NCBI GenBank assembly: GCA_037137655.1
Contig: JBAXJX010000001.1
Location: forward strand, 225,188-289,187
From: Candidatus Falkowbacteria bacterium
Lineage (GTDB): Bacteria > Patescibacteriota > Patescibacteriia > Patescibacteriales > UBA12465
Direction: 5' to 3'
Length of the DNA stretch: 64,000 nucleotides
Part shown: positions 34,411 to 45,564 of the stretch, piece by piece
Layout: each line of letters starts with the position of its first letter
How positions within the stretch are numbered: position 1 is the stretch's first letter
Notes under the pieces: model-generated
Database searches by the model: none
What the model was told of the DNA's origin: nothing
Seen by the model: the letters and a program-made list of their open reading frames with translations, nothing else
Translations under genes and position numbers: made by a program

Positions 34411-36303
34411 ATGAAAAGCAAATTATTTACGTCGAATTTTTTTATTTTAGCCCTAATTTTTTTGGGACTTTTGTCGTTTACAGGCGGTGTGGTTTATTTG
34501 GTATTTAAATTGAATTATTTTGGCGTGATTTTTAGTTTCATTTTGTCGTTGTTTTTGCTCCTTCTAATTATACGATATTTAAGTCCTAATAAGCAAGTCG
34601 AAATAAAAAAAAATATTGGCAGTGAAACTTATTCGCGTTGGTTTTTGTTGGCCCCAGTTTTGTATTTAATCTTTTTTGGTTTGGCGCTTGGTTTGTTGTT
34701 TAAAGTGCAGACAACAATAGCTATTGTTTCGCCGTGGGATGTGGTTAGTAGCAAGTTTTTTTATTGCTATGGCGCGGCAACTTTATTTTTACTTCTACTT
34801 ATTAAATTTAAAAATAAATTGTCCGGCTTATTTATTAGTGCTCATTATTTTTTAACATTCTCCGTAGCACTTATTGTTTATAAAATTGGTTTTGGTTATG
34901 ATCCTTTTATTCATTTAGCTTCTTTGCGCGTTATTGATAATTTAGGTTTTATTGCACCCAAAACATTTTACTACGTCGGACAATATGCACTAGAGATAAG
35001 TTTGCATAAATTATTTTTTATCCCTCTAGATTTTTTGAATTTAATTCTCGTGCCAGTTTTGGCCGCGCTCACTTTGCCGACCGCTATTTATTTAGCTTGT
35101 TGTGACCGCTTTGCCGATAAAACTATGGCGCGAGTTTTACCAATTTTACTTTTAGTTTTGCCGACTTCCATTTTTATTATGACCGTGCCGCAAAACTTGG
35201 CTTATTTGTTTTTGTTGCTCACGGTAATTTTAAGTTTTGGCGTGGTGGATAGATTGAAAATCACCGCTATGATGATTTTATCTTTGGCGGCGCTCCTGAT
35301 TCAACCAATCGCTGGTTTACCGGCCTTTTTCTTCGCCTCCTATATCTTGGTGCAACATTTAAATATCCCCGAAATACTTAAAACTTTAAAACGACCATCG
35401 ATTATAATTGCTAACATTGTTGCCATACCATTGCTTTTGGTCTTTTTTGCTGGCGCTCATTTTTCTTTTAGCCGGTCTAATTTTAATTTGTTAAATTTTT
35501 CTTTGGCGGGGAATGAAAATTTTATCTTGAACTTCATTTATTTTTTCGCCTTTAATAAGGCACTTATTTTTGGATCAGCCTTTTTGTTTGCGACCTTTGT
35601 GGCTTTTAAAAATAAAGCCTTGCGCTTCTATTGGTATTTTTTGGCATCATCATTTTTGGCTTATTTAATATCTTTAAATTTATCCTTTTCTGCTTTGGCG
35701 GCCAGCGAGCAAGGGGATTATCCAGCACGTATTTTAATTGTAGCTCTAATTTTTTCTGTGCCGTTACTCTTGGAATTTTGCAAAGAAATTATTATTCGAT
35801 TTACAGTCCAAACTAAAATGACCAAAGTTATTTTAGGCTTGTTTTTAATTATCTTAATTTGCACGTCTTTATACTTGTCTTATCCGCGCCAAGATCGTTA
35901 TTCTAATAGTCATGGTTACAGCGTTTCAATGGCTGATCTCGATGCGGCGAAATTAATTGCTACCGAGTCACCTCAAAGTGATTATGTGGTTTTGGCTAAT
36001 CAACAGGTGGGCGTGGCGGCGATTAATTTGTATGGTTTAAAAAAGTATTACCACGACGATATTTTTTATTATAGCACTCAAACCGGTAGCCCACTGTATC
36101 AATATTATTTGCAGATGGTGACGGCGCCAAGTCGCGCGACGATGCTTTCGGCAATGGATTATGTCGGGGTAAATGAAATGTATTTTGTATTAGATAAATA
36201 TTGGTGGGCCGCGCCGAAAATTTTAGCCGAAGCTAAGCTGTCAGCTAATCAATTTTGGGAAATTGATGGTGGGGAAGTGTATGTGTTTAAATACTTGAAA
36301 TAA
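34411..36303 (+). CDS. large polytopic membrane protein (GT-C-like candidate)
   Basis: About 630 aa with more than 10 hydrophobic segments and a ~140-aa soluble C-terminus. Lies directly upstream of the GtrB-like GT2. ATG at 34411 preferred. Confidence 0.55.
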   Translation: MKSKLFTSNFFILALIFLGLLSFTGGVVYLVFKLNYFGVIFSFILSLFLLLLIIRYLSPNKQVEIKKNIGSETYSRWFLLAPVLYLIFFGLALGLLFKVQTTIAIVSPWDVVSSKFFYCYGAATLFLLLLIKFKNKLSGLFISAHYFLTFSVALIVYKIGFGYDPFIHLASLRVIDNLGFIAPKTFYYVGQYALEISLHKLFFIPLDFLNLILVPVLAALTLPTAIYLACCDRFADKTMARVLPILLLVLPTSIFIMTVPQNLAYLFLLLTVILSFGVVDRLKITAMMILSLAALLIQPIAGLPAFFFASYILVQHLNIPEILKTLKRPSIIIANIVAIPLLLVFFAGAHFSFSRSNFNLLNFSLAGNENFILNFIYFFAFNKALIFGSAFLFATFVAFKNKALRFYWYFLASSFLAYLISLNLSFSALAASEQGDYPARILIVALIFSVPLLLEFCKEIIIRFTVQTKMTKVILGLFLIILICTSLYLSYPRQDRYSNSHGYSVSMADLDAAKLIATESPQSDYVVLANQQVGVAAINLYGLKKYYHDDIFYYSTQTGSPLYQYYLQMVTAPSRATMLSAMDYVGVNEMYFVLDKYWWAAPKILAEAKLSANQFWEIDGGEVYVFKYLK

Positions 36304-36345
36304 TATTGATATTGTGCTAAGATTAAGGTAAATTTACAACAATAT

Positions 36346-37281
36346 ATGTCAAAATTGATTTCACTAATCATCCCGGTATATAATGAGTCCAAAAGCTTAG
36401 CGGCGCTCCATAAAGCGCTGTCTTTAGTTCTGCCAACACTTGCCTATGATTTTGAAATAATTTTTGTTAATGATGGTAGTCGCGATGACTCCGTGGCGGA
36501 AATTGTTAAACTGCAAAACTTTGACAATCGAATAAAGCTATTAGATTTTTCCCGCAACTTCGGTAAAGAAATCGCGCTAACGGCCGGTTTGAATAATTGT
36601 GTTGGTGACGCTGCTATAATGTTGGATGCGGATTTACAACATCCAGTCGAATTGATCCCGGAATTTATTGCCAAATGGGAGGCTGGCGCTCAGGTCGTGG
36701 TTGGTGTGCGTGCTAAAAACTCTAAAGAGGGAATTATTAAACGCTTCGGCTCTAAAATATTTTACGGCATTATTTCTAAAATCTCTGATACTAAGATTAC
36801 GCCCAATGCCACCGATTTTCGCCTAGTTGATCGCGTGGTGATTGATGAATTCAACCGCTTTACAGAACACAGCCGCATGACCCGAGCCCTGATTGATTGG
36901 TTGGGCTTTGAGCGTGACACGGTTGTGTTTCAAGCTGCCCCGCGCTTTGCCGGTGAAGCCTCGTATAGTGTCTGTAAATTAATTAAATTAGCTTTGAGTA
37001 GTTTTATATCCCTAAGTCTCTTGCCTTTAAAATTGGCCGGATACTTGGGGCTTTTTATTATTTTCACGGTCGGCCCTTTTGGCTTATATGTTTTGTTAGG
37101 TAAATATTTTTTTCATTGGCCCTTTGCCTCTAGTTTTTCCGGTCCAGCTCAATTAGCTTTCTTGTTGCTGTTTATGGTTGGTATTATTTTAAGCGCCTTG
37201 GGTTTGATTTCATTGTATGTAGCCAGTATCCACGGGGAAGTTATTGGAAGACCTCTTTATGTGGTGAAGAAGAATAAATAA
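36346..37281 (+). CDS. polyprenyl-phosphate glycosyltransferase (GT2, GtrB/CsbB/DPM1-like)
   Basis: IIPVYNES, DGSRDDS and DADLQHP GT2 motifs, plus two C-terminal TM helices typical of GtrB-type enzymes. Confidence 0.85.
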   Translation: MSKLISLIIPVYNESKSLAALHKALSLVLPTLAYDFEIIFVNDGSRDDSVAEIVKLQNFDNRIKLLDFSRNFGKEIALTAGLNNCVGDAAIMLDADLQHPVELIPEFIAKWEAGAQVVVGVRAKNSKEGIIKRFGSKIFYGIISKISDTKITPNATDFRLVDRVVIDEFNRFTEHSRMTRALIDWLGFERDTVVFQAAPRFAGEASYSVCKLIKLALSSFISLSLLPLKLAGYLGLFIIFTVGPFGLYVLLGKYFFHWPFASSFSGPAQLAFLLLFMVGIILSALGLISLYVASIHGEVIGRPLYVVKKNK

Positions 37282-37291
37282 TTATAAGAAT

Positions 37292-38125
37292 ATGGAGACA
37301 GAAATAAATAATCCAAAAGTTTCCGTCTTAATGCCGGCGTATAATGCGGAAAAGTATATTGGTGAAGCAATAGAAAGTATTTTAAATCAAGCCTTCAATG
37401 ATTTTGAATTTATTATTATTGATGATTGTTCAACCGATAAGACTTGGGAAATTATTCAGGAATATGCCCAGAAAGATTCGAGAATTAAAGCTTTTCATAA
37501 TGAAAAAAACCTAGGCATTGCCGGTAATAGAAATAAATTGAAAAAAATTGCCCAAGGAGAGTATGTTATCTGGCAAGATGCCGATGATGTTTCTGTGAAT
37601 ACTAGAATAAAAAGACAAGTTGCCTATATGGATAATAATTCTGAAGTAGGTATGTGCGGTGGTTTTTTACAATTTTTTAATAGTAAAGGTAATTTGCATA
37701 TTAGGAGATATAAAGAAAATGACGAAGATCTTAGGAAAAATATTTTTCGATTTTCGCCCGTGGCTCAACCAGGAGCAATCATTAGAAAAAGTGTTTTAGA
37801 TGAGATAGGTGATTATGATTTAAACTATCCGCCAGCTGAAGATTTGGATATGTCTTTTCGAATCGGTCGAAAATATAAATTTGCCAATTTACAGGAAGTG
37901 GTTATTAAATATCGGGAGAATAACAATAGCGCAACTTTTACAAAATTAAAAACCATTGAATTAAAGACAATTAGCATTAGATTGAGATATGCTGACGATA
38001 AGTTTTATATTATGACATTTGGTGATCATATTTATTCTATTGCTCAATATATTTCTATTTTTATAATTCCAGCCAAATTTAAGATTTTTTTGTTTGGTTG
38101 CTTGAGAAATAATAAGAAAATATAA
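37292..38125 (+). CDS. glycosyltransferase family 2
   Basis: VLMPAYNAEKYIGEAIESILNQ..FEFIIIDDCSTD. Confidence 0.85.
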   Translation: METEINNPKVSVLMPAYNAEKYIGEAIESILNQAFNDFEFIIIDDCSTDKTWEIIQEYAQKDSRIKAFHNEKNLGIAGNRNKLKKIAQGEYVIWQDADDVSVNTRIKRQVAYMDNNSEVGMCGGFLQFFNSKGNLHIRRYKENDEDLRKNIFRFSPVAQPGAIIRKSVLDEIGDYDLNYPPAEDLDMSFRIGRKYKFANLQEVVIKYRENNNSATFTKLKTIELKTISIRLRYADDKFYIMTFGDHIYSIAQYISIFIIPAKFKIFLFGCLRNNKKI

Positions 38126-39177
38126 TGAAAATTGCTTATCATCTACCACACCCCAATTCTTTAAATGCTTATAGGACTATATATAATGGATTTAAAAATG
38201 CCTTTGTTGATATGGGGCATGAATTTTATACTTTTACTGCTGATGATAATTTGGAAGATTTTTTAATTAAAAATAAGCCAGATATTTTTTTAACTTCTAC
38301 CCATTTTTACTATAAAAAATTTTTAAATTTTGTTATTTTAAAAAAATATCGAGACACTGGAATGAAAGTTTTTGTGAAGGTTGATTTTTGGAATTCCCCA
38401 ATTAATAGTAGTCGGGTTAATGAGGCTAAAAGTTTGAAAGATGATAAAGATACTGTTGAGCTGATAAAAAATGGTATTTATGGCGATGTGTTTTATCATG
38501 TGGTTGAACAAGGTGATAAAAGAATGGATGGGTTTAAAGAGGAAACTGGATATGAATATCATACGGTTCCATTAGCAGCCGACAGGATTGTATTGAAAGA
38601 TGTTTTTGCGGAAAAATTTAAATCGGATATTGCTTATATCGGAACCTATTTGGCGCAAAAAAAGGATGCTTTTAAAAATTATTTGTTTCCATTAAAGAAA
38701 AAATACGATGTAAAAATATATGGGCAGGACTGGTCTTCTGCGGATAGGTTTTTTGGTTTTATTCAAAAAATTGGTCAATATTTTAATATTCCTATTATAA
38801 AGTCTCTGCGTCAACCAAAATTACAATTAGAAGATGAGGGTAAAATATACAGATCTTCAATAATATCGGTAAATATCCACGAGGATTATCAAAAAGAATT
38901 TGGAGGTGATTGTAACGAGAGAACTTTTAAAATTCCTTTTTGTGGTGGTTTTGAAATAACTGATGAGGTGGCTTGCATTCACAGATATTTTAAGGAAGGT
39001 GAGGAGATTATTATTGCTAAAGACAAAAAAGACTGGTTTGATAAAATTGATTATTATATTAAAAATCCAGAAAAAAGATTGGCTATTATTGAGGCGGGGA
39101 AGAAACGTGTTTTAACTGATCATACTTACCACAATAGATCGGCGCAAATTATAAATATATACAACTCAGTTAAATAA
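38125..39177 (+). CDS. CgeB-like glycosyltransferase (Glyco_trans_1_2-type)
   Basis: C-terminal NERTFKIPFCGGFEITD resembles the CgeB/DUF3880 family motif. Confidence 0.5.
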   Translation: MKIAYHLPHPNSLNAYRTIYNGFKNAFVDMGHEFYTFTADDNLEDFLIKNKPDIFLTSTHFYYKKFLNFVILKKYRDTGMKVFVKVDFWNSPINSSRVNEAKSLKDDKDTVELIKNGIYGDVFYHVVEQGDKRMDGFKEETGYEYHTVPLAADRIVLKDVFAEKFKSDIAYIGTYLAQKKDAFKNYLFPLKKKYDVKIYGQDWSSADRFFGFIQKIGQYFNIPIIKSLRQPKLQLEDEGKIYRSSIISVNIHEDYQKEFGGDCNERTFKIPFCGGFEITDEVACIHRYFKEGEEIIIAKDKKDWFDKIDYYIKNPEKRLAIIEAGKKRVLTDHTYHNRSAQIINIYNSVK

Positions 39178-39180
39178 AGA

Positions 39181-40380
39181 ATGAAAAAAATATACGTATC
39201 AGCAATTTACACTAGCCCACCAAATTCAATGGGCGGAAATACTAAAATCACGATTGAGTTAATAAATAATCTTTGTGATTATTATGATTTTGTGATATTT
39301 ACCACAGAGCCAGAAACTTTCAAAAAAAATTTAAACTGTTTAGATAAAATTAAAATAGTTGAAATTACATACAATTTTAAAAAGTTTAATTATTTCTCGC
39401 ACCTAAAAGAAATTAAATATATTTCCGGTATTTATAAACAATATTTTACTGTTAATAAGATGACTGCTGATGATTATTTCTATTCTGCTTCTGATTTTGC
39501 CCCCGATGTTTTGCCGATTTTTGAATTAAAAAAGATTTATAAGTTTAATTGGATTGCTTCGTTGTATCTATTTATTCCTAATCCAATTGAAAATCTTATT
39601 AATAATTATGGCTTTCCGTTTTTAAAATATGTAATATATTATTTCTATCAAAAATATCTTTTTGCTAAGATTTTAAATAAGTTTGATCTTTGTTTAATAA
39701 CTAATAATGATGACAAAAAATATTTCCCCAAAAATCAAGTTAAAGATGTTTTGGCAATTTACGGCGGTGTTAATGTTGAACAAATTGACCTGGCCGTTAA
39801 CGAAGTTAGTGCAAATCCAGAAAAGAAGTATGACGTTATTTTTTGTAGTCGTTTGCACCCCCAAAAGGGAATTAGCCAAGTTATAGATATTTGGCTGGAA
39901 GTGATACACGAAAAACCTAATTTAAAATTGGGGATTATTGGTAATGGTGAAAAAAATTTTGAAACTTATTTAAAACAAAAAGTTAGTGATTTTGGTTTAA
40001 ATGATAATATCGAGTGGCTAGGCTATGTTAATAATGTTGATAAGTATAAGTTGTATTTAAAAAGTAGAATTATGATTCATATGCCAGTTTATGATAATAA
40101 CGGCATGGTGGCAGCCGAGGCTCTATGTTCCGGTTTACCAGTTGTTATGAATGATTTATCTAAGTTAAAATTTTATACCGATGGCTGTGTTAAGGTTGAT
40201 GCAAAAAACAAAAAAGAGTGTGCGACGACAATTATTAAATTAATAAGTGATATTGATTATTATAATTCGGTCAAGCTAAACGGAGAGGCTATTATTGCAA
40301 TGAGAAATTTTTGGCAGTGGTCGAATCGAGCTTTAATTTTTAAAGATTTTTTACAAAAATATGAAAAAAATGTTAATTAA
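39181..40380 (+). CDS. glycosyltransferase (GT1/GT4, GT-B fold)
   Basis: RLHPQKGI... and NNGMVAAEALCSGLPVV. Confidence 0.7.
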   Translation: MKKIYVSAIYTSPPNSMGGNTKITIELINNLCDYYDFVIFTTEPETFKKNLNCLDKIKIVEITYNFKKFNYFSHLKEIKYISGIYKQYFTVNKMTADDYFYSASDFAPDVLPIFELKKIYKFNWIASLYLFIPNPIENLINNYGFPFLKYVIYYFYQKYLFAKILNKFDLCLITNNDDKKYFPKNQVKDVLAIYGGVNVEQIDLAVNEVSANPEKKYDVIFCSRLHPQKGISQVIDIWLEVIHEKPNLKLGIIGNGEKNFETYLKQKVSDFGLNDNIEWLGYVNNVDKYKLYLKSRIMIHMPVYDNNGMVAAEALCSGLPVVMNDLSKLKFYTDGCVKVDAKNKKECATTIIKLISDIDYYNSVKLNGEAIIAMRNFWQWSNRALIFKDFLQKYEKNVN

Positions 40381-40921
40381 ATTATATTCTTGGTTGCAAA
40401 AGTTTTTCGGTTTTAAGAGGATTGGATGCGGCAGTGTTATAAAGGGCCCATGGAAAATTTGGCGCAGAGATTGTCTCGAAATTGGTAATAATACTTTTGT
40501 GGCGGAAAATTCATTTTTTGCTATAACAAAATTAAATAAGGAACCGCTAATTAAAATTGGTGATAATTGTTGTTTGGGGGCAAATTTTTTTGCCGCTTGT
40601 GTTGATGAGATAATAATAGAAAGCAACGTTTTGGTGTCTGATCGTGTTTTTATTTCAGATCATATGCATGGTTATCAAAATGTTGAACTGCCAATAATAA
40701 GGCAAACATTAGAACCGCGTGGCCAAATATTAATAAAAGACGGGGCTTTTATTGGTGTAAATGCGGTGATAATGCCAGGCGTCACTATTGGCAAAAATTC
40801 GGTTGTCGGTGCTTCGTCGGTGGTGGTTGATAGTGTGCCAGATTTTTCAGTTGTGGCCGGCAACCCCGCTCGAATTATTAAACAATATGATTTTAATAAA
40901 AAAGAGTGGTTAGGATTATAA
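40361..40921 (+). CDS. hexapeptide-repeat O-acetyltransferase
   Basis: Left-handed beta-helix repeats (IGVNAVIMPGVTIGKNSVVGASSVV). Confidence 0.8.
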   Translation: MKKMLIKLYSWLQKFFGFKRIGCGSVIKGPWKIWRRDCLEIGNNTFVAENSFFAITKLNKEPLIKIGDNCCLGANFFAACVDEIIIESNVLVSDRVFISDHMHGYQNVELPIIRQTLEPRGQILIKDGAFIGVNAVIMPGVTIGKNSVVGASSVVVDSVPDFSVVAGNPARIIKQYDFNKKEWLGL

Positions 40922-40931
40922 TATAAATAAT

Positions 40932-41864
40932 ATGAAGTGCCTACTTTGTGGTTCCCACAATTTAATAAAAATAGCTTCTATAAAGTTAAATGATTTAAAA
41001 ACTCTATATGTTATGGCACTTGGATTAGATGTTAATAATGAATTCTGTTTGGATGCTGAGTTTATTGATTTATATAAATGCAATCGCTGTAATTTGGAGT
41101 TTTTTAATCCAACTATAGTTGGCGGACAAATACTTTATGAATCTTTACAGAGGTTGCCTTGGTATTATGTTGACAGTAAGATTGAATATGACATCGCCAC
41201 AAGATTTATAGATAAAAATGACAATGTTTTAGAGATTGGTTGTGGTTCTGGAAATTTTTTTAACAATATAGAATGTAAGAAATATTTAGGCTTGGAATTT
41301 AGTGAAAAAGCTGTTGAAAAGGCAAAATTGTCCGGCATTAATGTGGTAAAACAAGATCTTAATAATTTTGTATGTATCAATGATGAGTCGTACGATGTGG
41401 TATGTTTTTTTCAGACCTTAGAGCATATTGATAATCCCAACTTGTTTATTAAAGATTCACTTAGTGTTCTGCGCGATGGCGGATATTTAATATTTTCCGT
41501 ACCAAGTAATGATGGTTTTTTAAGATTTTTAAAAAATAATATTTTTAACTTACCACCACACCACCAAACTAGATGGTCCGATAAAACTCTTAATAAATTG
41601 GTTGATATTTTTAACTTGGAATTGATTAGTATTAACCATGAAAGATTATCCGTTGAACATTTTAGTTTGTATATCAAATCTGTTGCTGAAGCTATATTTT
41701 TTAAAAACAATAAATATGTAGATAACAGTCTTTTGTATAAAATATTATCTATTTTAATAAGGGGGCTTAGCATTCTGTTTCTGCCGGTTATTATGTTAAT
41801 AAAAAAAATAAATTGGAATGATATAAATGGTCACACCGTGACGGTGGTTTATAAAAAAATATAA
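40932..41864 (+). CDS. class I SAM-dependent methyltransferase with N-terminal CxxC...CxxC ribbon
   Basis: CLLCGS...CNRCN, then VLEIGCGSGNF (motif I) and VVCFFQTLEHIDNP. Confidence 0.75.
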   Translation: MKCLLCGSHNLIKIASIKLNDLKTLYVMALGLDVNNEFCLDAEFIDLYKCNRCNLEFFNPTIVGGQILYESLQRLPWYYVDSKIEYDIATRFIDKNDNVLEIGCGSGNFFNNIECKKYLGLEFSEKAVEKAKLSGINVVKQDLNNFVCINDESYDVVCFFQTLEHIDNPNLFIKDSLSVLRDGGYLIFSVPSNDGFLRFLKNNIFNLPPHHQTRWSDKTLNKLVDIFNLELISINHERLSVEHFSLYIKSVAEAIFFKNNKYVDNSLLYKILSILIRGLSILFLPVIMLIKKINWNDINGHTVTVVYKKI

Positions 41865-41873
41865 TTTAACTTT

Positions 41874-43115
41874 ATGAGAATAGAAATATTAAGCACTTTA
41901 GATATTATTGGTGGCGCCTCTAAGCCGGCATATAATTTACATAAAGGTTTATTAAGGTCTGGTGATGATTCTATTATGGTTGTTCAGAGAAAATTTAGTA
42001 ATGATTCAACGGTAACTGGTCCGCGTCAAGATTTTATTAGTTTTATAAAAAATAAGTTTATTTATCCTGGTTTTGATGAGCTGGTAAGATTGTTATTTTT
42101 TCGGAATGAAGAAAATTTGCATTCCGCCGCTTTATTTTCCTCTATTAATTTGGAAAAAGATATTCTATCTAAGAGACCTGATATTATAAATGCTCATTGG
42201 GTGTGGGGTGGTTTTGTTAAAATGAAAGATTTGTCTAGAGCTGGTGTTCCAATTGTCTGGACGCTTCATGATATGTGGCTATTTTCAGGGGCTGAACATT
42301 ACCCTAAGGATGAGCAATATGTTAATGGTTATAGAAAATTGTTTGATTTTAATAGGATTATTTGGCAGAAGAAAAAAAGAGATTTGGCTCAAATAAAAAA
42401 TTTAAGCTTTGTGGTTCCTAGTCGTTGGCTCTACGAGCGGGCTAAAAATAGCATCATGTTAAAAAAATATGATATTAAAATAATTCCTTATGGTCTTGAT
42501 GATAATATCTTTAAGCCAATTAATCGGATTGATTGTCGTAATATACTGTCAATTGATGGTAGTAAAAAAGTTATTCTTTTTGGTGCGACTAATGGAATAA
42601 AAGATCCGAGAAAGGGTTTTGATTATTTAAAAAAAGCTGTTGATAGCTTGGTTGCTACTGATCCGAAGTTAAATGATGAGTGGATGGTCGTGTTCTTTGG
42701 TTGTCAGGAGCCGGAAGGTTTTAAATTTAGTATTCCATATAAATTTTTAGGCGCCATTAATGACCATAATTTTTTGCCAACAGTTTATTCTAGCGCTGAT
42801 GTCTTTGTGGCACCGTCACTACAAGATAATTTACCAAACACAATCTTAGAGGCCCTTGGTTGCGGTGTTCCTGTTGTGAGTTTTAATGTTGGCGGTATAC
42901 CAGATATGATAGACCATAAACAAAACGGATACTTAGCTAAATATTTAGATAATGATGACTTAGCTAATGGTCTTAAATTTGTTTTAAATAATGAACATAT
43001 TGATGATTTAAGAAGTAGTGCCTTGTTGAAGTTTAAAAATAATTTTACAATTGATCTTATGGTACGACGATATCAAGATTTATTTAGAAAAATAAGGGAA
43101 ATAGATGAAAATTAA
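41874..43115 (+). CDS. glycosyltransferase family 4
   Basis: DNLPNTILEALGCGVPVVSFNVGGIPDMI. Confidence 0.8.
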   Translation: MRIEILSTLDIIGGASKPAYNLHKGLLRSGDDSIMVVQRKFSNDSTVTGPRQDFISFIKNKFIYPGFDELVRLLFFRNEENLHSAALFSSINLEKDILSKRPDIINAHWVWGGFVKMKDLSRAGVPIVWTLHDMWLFSGAEHYPKDEQYVNGYRKLFDFNRIIWQKKKRDLAQIKNLSFVVPSRWLYERAKNSIMLKKYDIKIIPYGLDDNIFKPINRIDCRNILSIDGSKKVILFGATNGIKDPRKGFDYLKKAVDSLVATDPKLNDEWMVVFFGCQEPEGFKFSIPYKFLGAINDHNFLPTVYSSADVFVAPSLQDNLPNTILEALGCGVPVVSFNVGGIPDMIDHKQNGYLAKYLDNDDLANGLKFVLNNEHIDDLRSSALLKFKNNFTIDLMVRRYQDLFRKIREIDEN

Positions 43116-45564
43116 TTATAAAATATTAAAAAATACAATTGCTTTTGCGTTATTTATTATTCCTATTATTGTTTTTAAAAATGGTGTTTTTGCTGGTGGA
43201 GAATCTTATATGACCATTAATCCTTTAATGTTCTTGCGGGCCGGTTTTTATACTTGGAATGGCGGTGTTCTTGGTTTGCCAAATTTATATTTTATCCCAC
43301 AACTATATCATTATTTTTGCTATTTATTAAATATTATTTTTACTTTGGGGATTACGCAAAAGATATTGTTTGGCGCGTCTTTAAGCTTGAGTTTCTTGTC
43401 AATGACGTCTTTGTTGTCTTATATTTTTAAAAATAATAATGTTTCAATTTTAATATCAGCCTTGTTTTATGTGTTTAATCCATTTTTTATAATGATGTTT
43501 CCGTGGTTCCCAGCATTTGCATGGTTGTTTTTTATAACGCCGTATTCGATAAAAATAATTATTGAATATTTAGACAGTGATAATAATCAACCTTTTATTC
43601 TTCTAAAAATGTTGATGTTGTTTTTGCTTTCATCGGTGCTAGCTATAAATGTTAGTATGTTAGGACTTTTTGTTTTGTTGGTTGGATTATTTGTTGTTTT
43701 TTATTTATTTTCTACAAACCGGAGTGGAGTCTTCATGTTAAAAAAAATATTAGTTATCTTTTTGTTTTTTCTAGCGGCTAATATTTTTTGGATTTTACCA
43801 CTCTCAACTACCTATAAGGATATTTTTGGCGGAGCTACTGTGTATAAAGATGGAACGTCAAAAATTAGTTTATTCCGTTATCCAATATTAAATTCTTTAA
43901 CACTCAATGAATATTACTGGTTTGACAAGATAGACGCAAATGGTAGTTATTTTTACAAGTACTCTACTTATTATAAAGATTTTAGCAAGATTTCTATGTT
44001 GGTTATTCTTTTGTTGATATTGTTGAGCTATGTAATTAATAATAAAAAAATAAAAAAACTAGACATTGGTATAAGTAAATTCTTATTAATATTTATCGTT
44101 ATATTCATACTTGGGGTTTTTTTGTCGAAGGGTAATGGCAACCCTTTTGGCGGTTTTTATGTGTTTTTACTGGAAAATATTAAGTTTTTTAGCGTGTATA
44201 GGTCTAGTGATATAAAATTTCCATTTTTACTATCGTTTTCTATTCCGTTTTTAATTTGTTTTGGATTGCTATTATTTGATAATAATAAAAAACAAGCCTA
44301 TTATTTATTTATATTTTTAAATTTGTTTTGTGTAGTTGTTTTAGGCGCTCCGATTATCTTTGGTCAAGCGTTAGATAAAAGTAATTTTTCTAACATTCCT
44401 AATTATTGGCATGATGAGCAAATTTCCATTGACAGTAAAAAAATAGATGGTCGAATATTGTTATTGCCTAGAAATTTTTCAGCCTTTGATACTTATAAAT
44501 GGGGTTATTCTGGCGCACCGCTAAGCACTCAGATGTTTAATAGAACAAGTTTTTCCTATTCTTTTCCTTATGGACCATCGTTACAAGAAAAAAATTTTAC
44601 AAATTTAAATTCACTTTATAATTATTTAGAGCTAAATGATATTGGTTCATTTTTAAAAAAATCCAGCGGGTTTGGGCTTAAGTATATTTTATTTAGAAAT
44701 GATTTTGATTTGGCAAGTAATTATAAATCAGCCCCAACACCAGAATTTGATGTGAATAATTATTCAGAAAACGTTAAAAGTATTCTGGATAAAAATTTTA
44801 AAAAGCTATCTACTAATGGTGAATTAGATTTATATGAAATTGGTGATAGTTTTTATCAGCACATCTATTCTTTAGCGCCTTCAAGTTCTCTTGTTGTAGA
44901 ATTTAAAAAAATAAATCAGACCAAATACCGTGTTATTATTCATGGTGCTGTTGATAATTTTTCTTTAGTTTTTTCTGAATCATTTCATGGCGGTTGGAAA
45001 ACTTATTTAGAAAATTATAAAAAAAGTTCAGTTAGTCTAAATGAAGCTGATTATAAAATTTTAGATGGTAATGATAATGATCAGGCTAGTACCGACGAAT
45101 TAAAAAGTTATATTAATAGCGGGTATATTTCTTCATTTGGTGATTTGCGAGAAAAGAATATTAAACATACCAAATGGGAAAATAATAAAGAAGTTTTTGA
45201 CTATAATGAACCATATAAAATTGATTTTGTTTCTAAAAACTTTAACGGCACAATTCAAAATGATAATTTGTCACCCGGTAGTTTTTATGAAACTTGGTTG
45301 CAAAAACCAATTAATGATAATAACCATTTAATGGTTAATGGCTATGCTAATTCTTGGAATATTAATCCAGGTGAGCTTTGTATTAATAATTCCAAATGTG
45401 TGAAGAACGCTGATGGTAGTTATGATATGGAGTTGGTAATAGAATTTTGGCCCCAACGATTATTTTATATCGGTTTGTTTGTCTCCGGCACCACACTATT
45501 ATCCTGCCTCGGTTATTTAATTTTTATCAGAATTAAGAAGCAAAAAAATAAACATGAAAAATAA
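43105..45564 (+). CDS. very large polytopic membrane protein (GT-C/YfhO-like candidate)
   Basis: 819 aa: an N-terminal multi-TM domain, a ~400-aa extracytoplasmic domain, and a C-terminal TM anchor. Confidence 0.5.
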   Translation: MKINYKILKNTIAFALFIIPIIVFKNGVFAGGESYMTINPLMFLRAGFYTWNGGVLGLPNLYFIPQLYHYFCYLLNIIFTLGITQKILFGASLSLSFLSMTSLLSYIFKNNNVSILISALFYVFNPFFIMMFPWFPAFAWLFFITPYSIKIIIEYLDSDNNQPFILLKMLMLFLLSSVLAINVSMLGLFVLLVGLFVVFYLFSTNRSGVFMLKKILVIFLFFLAANIFWILPLSTTYKDIFGGATVYKDGTSKISLFRYPILNSLTLNEYYWFDKIDANGSYFYKYSTYYKDFSKISMLVILLLILLSYVINNKKIKKLDIGISKFLLIFIVIFILGVFLSKGNGNPFGGFYVFLLENIKFFSVYRSSDIKFPFLLSFSIPFLICFGLLLFDNNKKQAYYLFIFLNLFCVVVLGAPIIFGQALDKSNFSNIPNYWHDEQISIDSKKIDGRILLLPRNFSAFDTYKWGYSGAPLSTQMFNRTSFSYSFPYGPSLQEKNFTNLNSLYNYLELNDIGSFLKKSSGFGLKYILFRNDFDLASNYKSAPTPEFDVNNYSENVKSILDKNFKKLSTNGELDLYEIGDSFYQHIYSLAPSSSLVVEFKKINQTKYRVIIHGAVDNFSLVFSESFHGGWKTYLENYKKSSVSLNEADYKILDGNDNDQASTDELKSYINSGYISSFGDLREKNIKHTKWENNKEVFDYNEPYKIDFVSKNFNGTIQNDNLSPGSFYETWLQKPINDNNHLMVNGYANSWNINPGELCINNSKCVKNADGSYDMELVIEFWPQRLFYIGLFVSGTTLLSCLGYLIFIRIKKQKNKHEK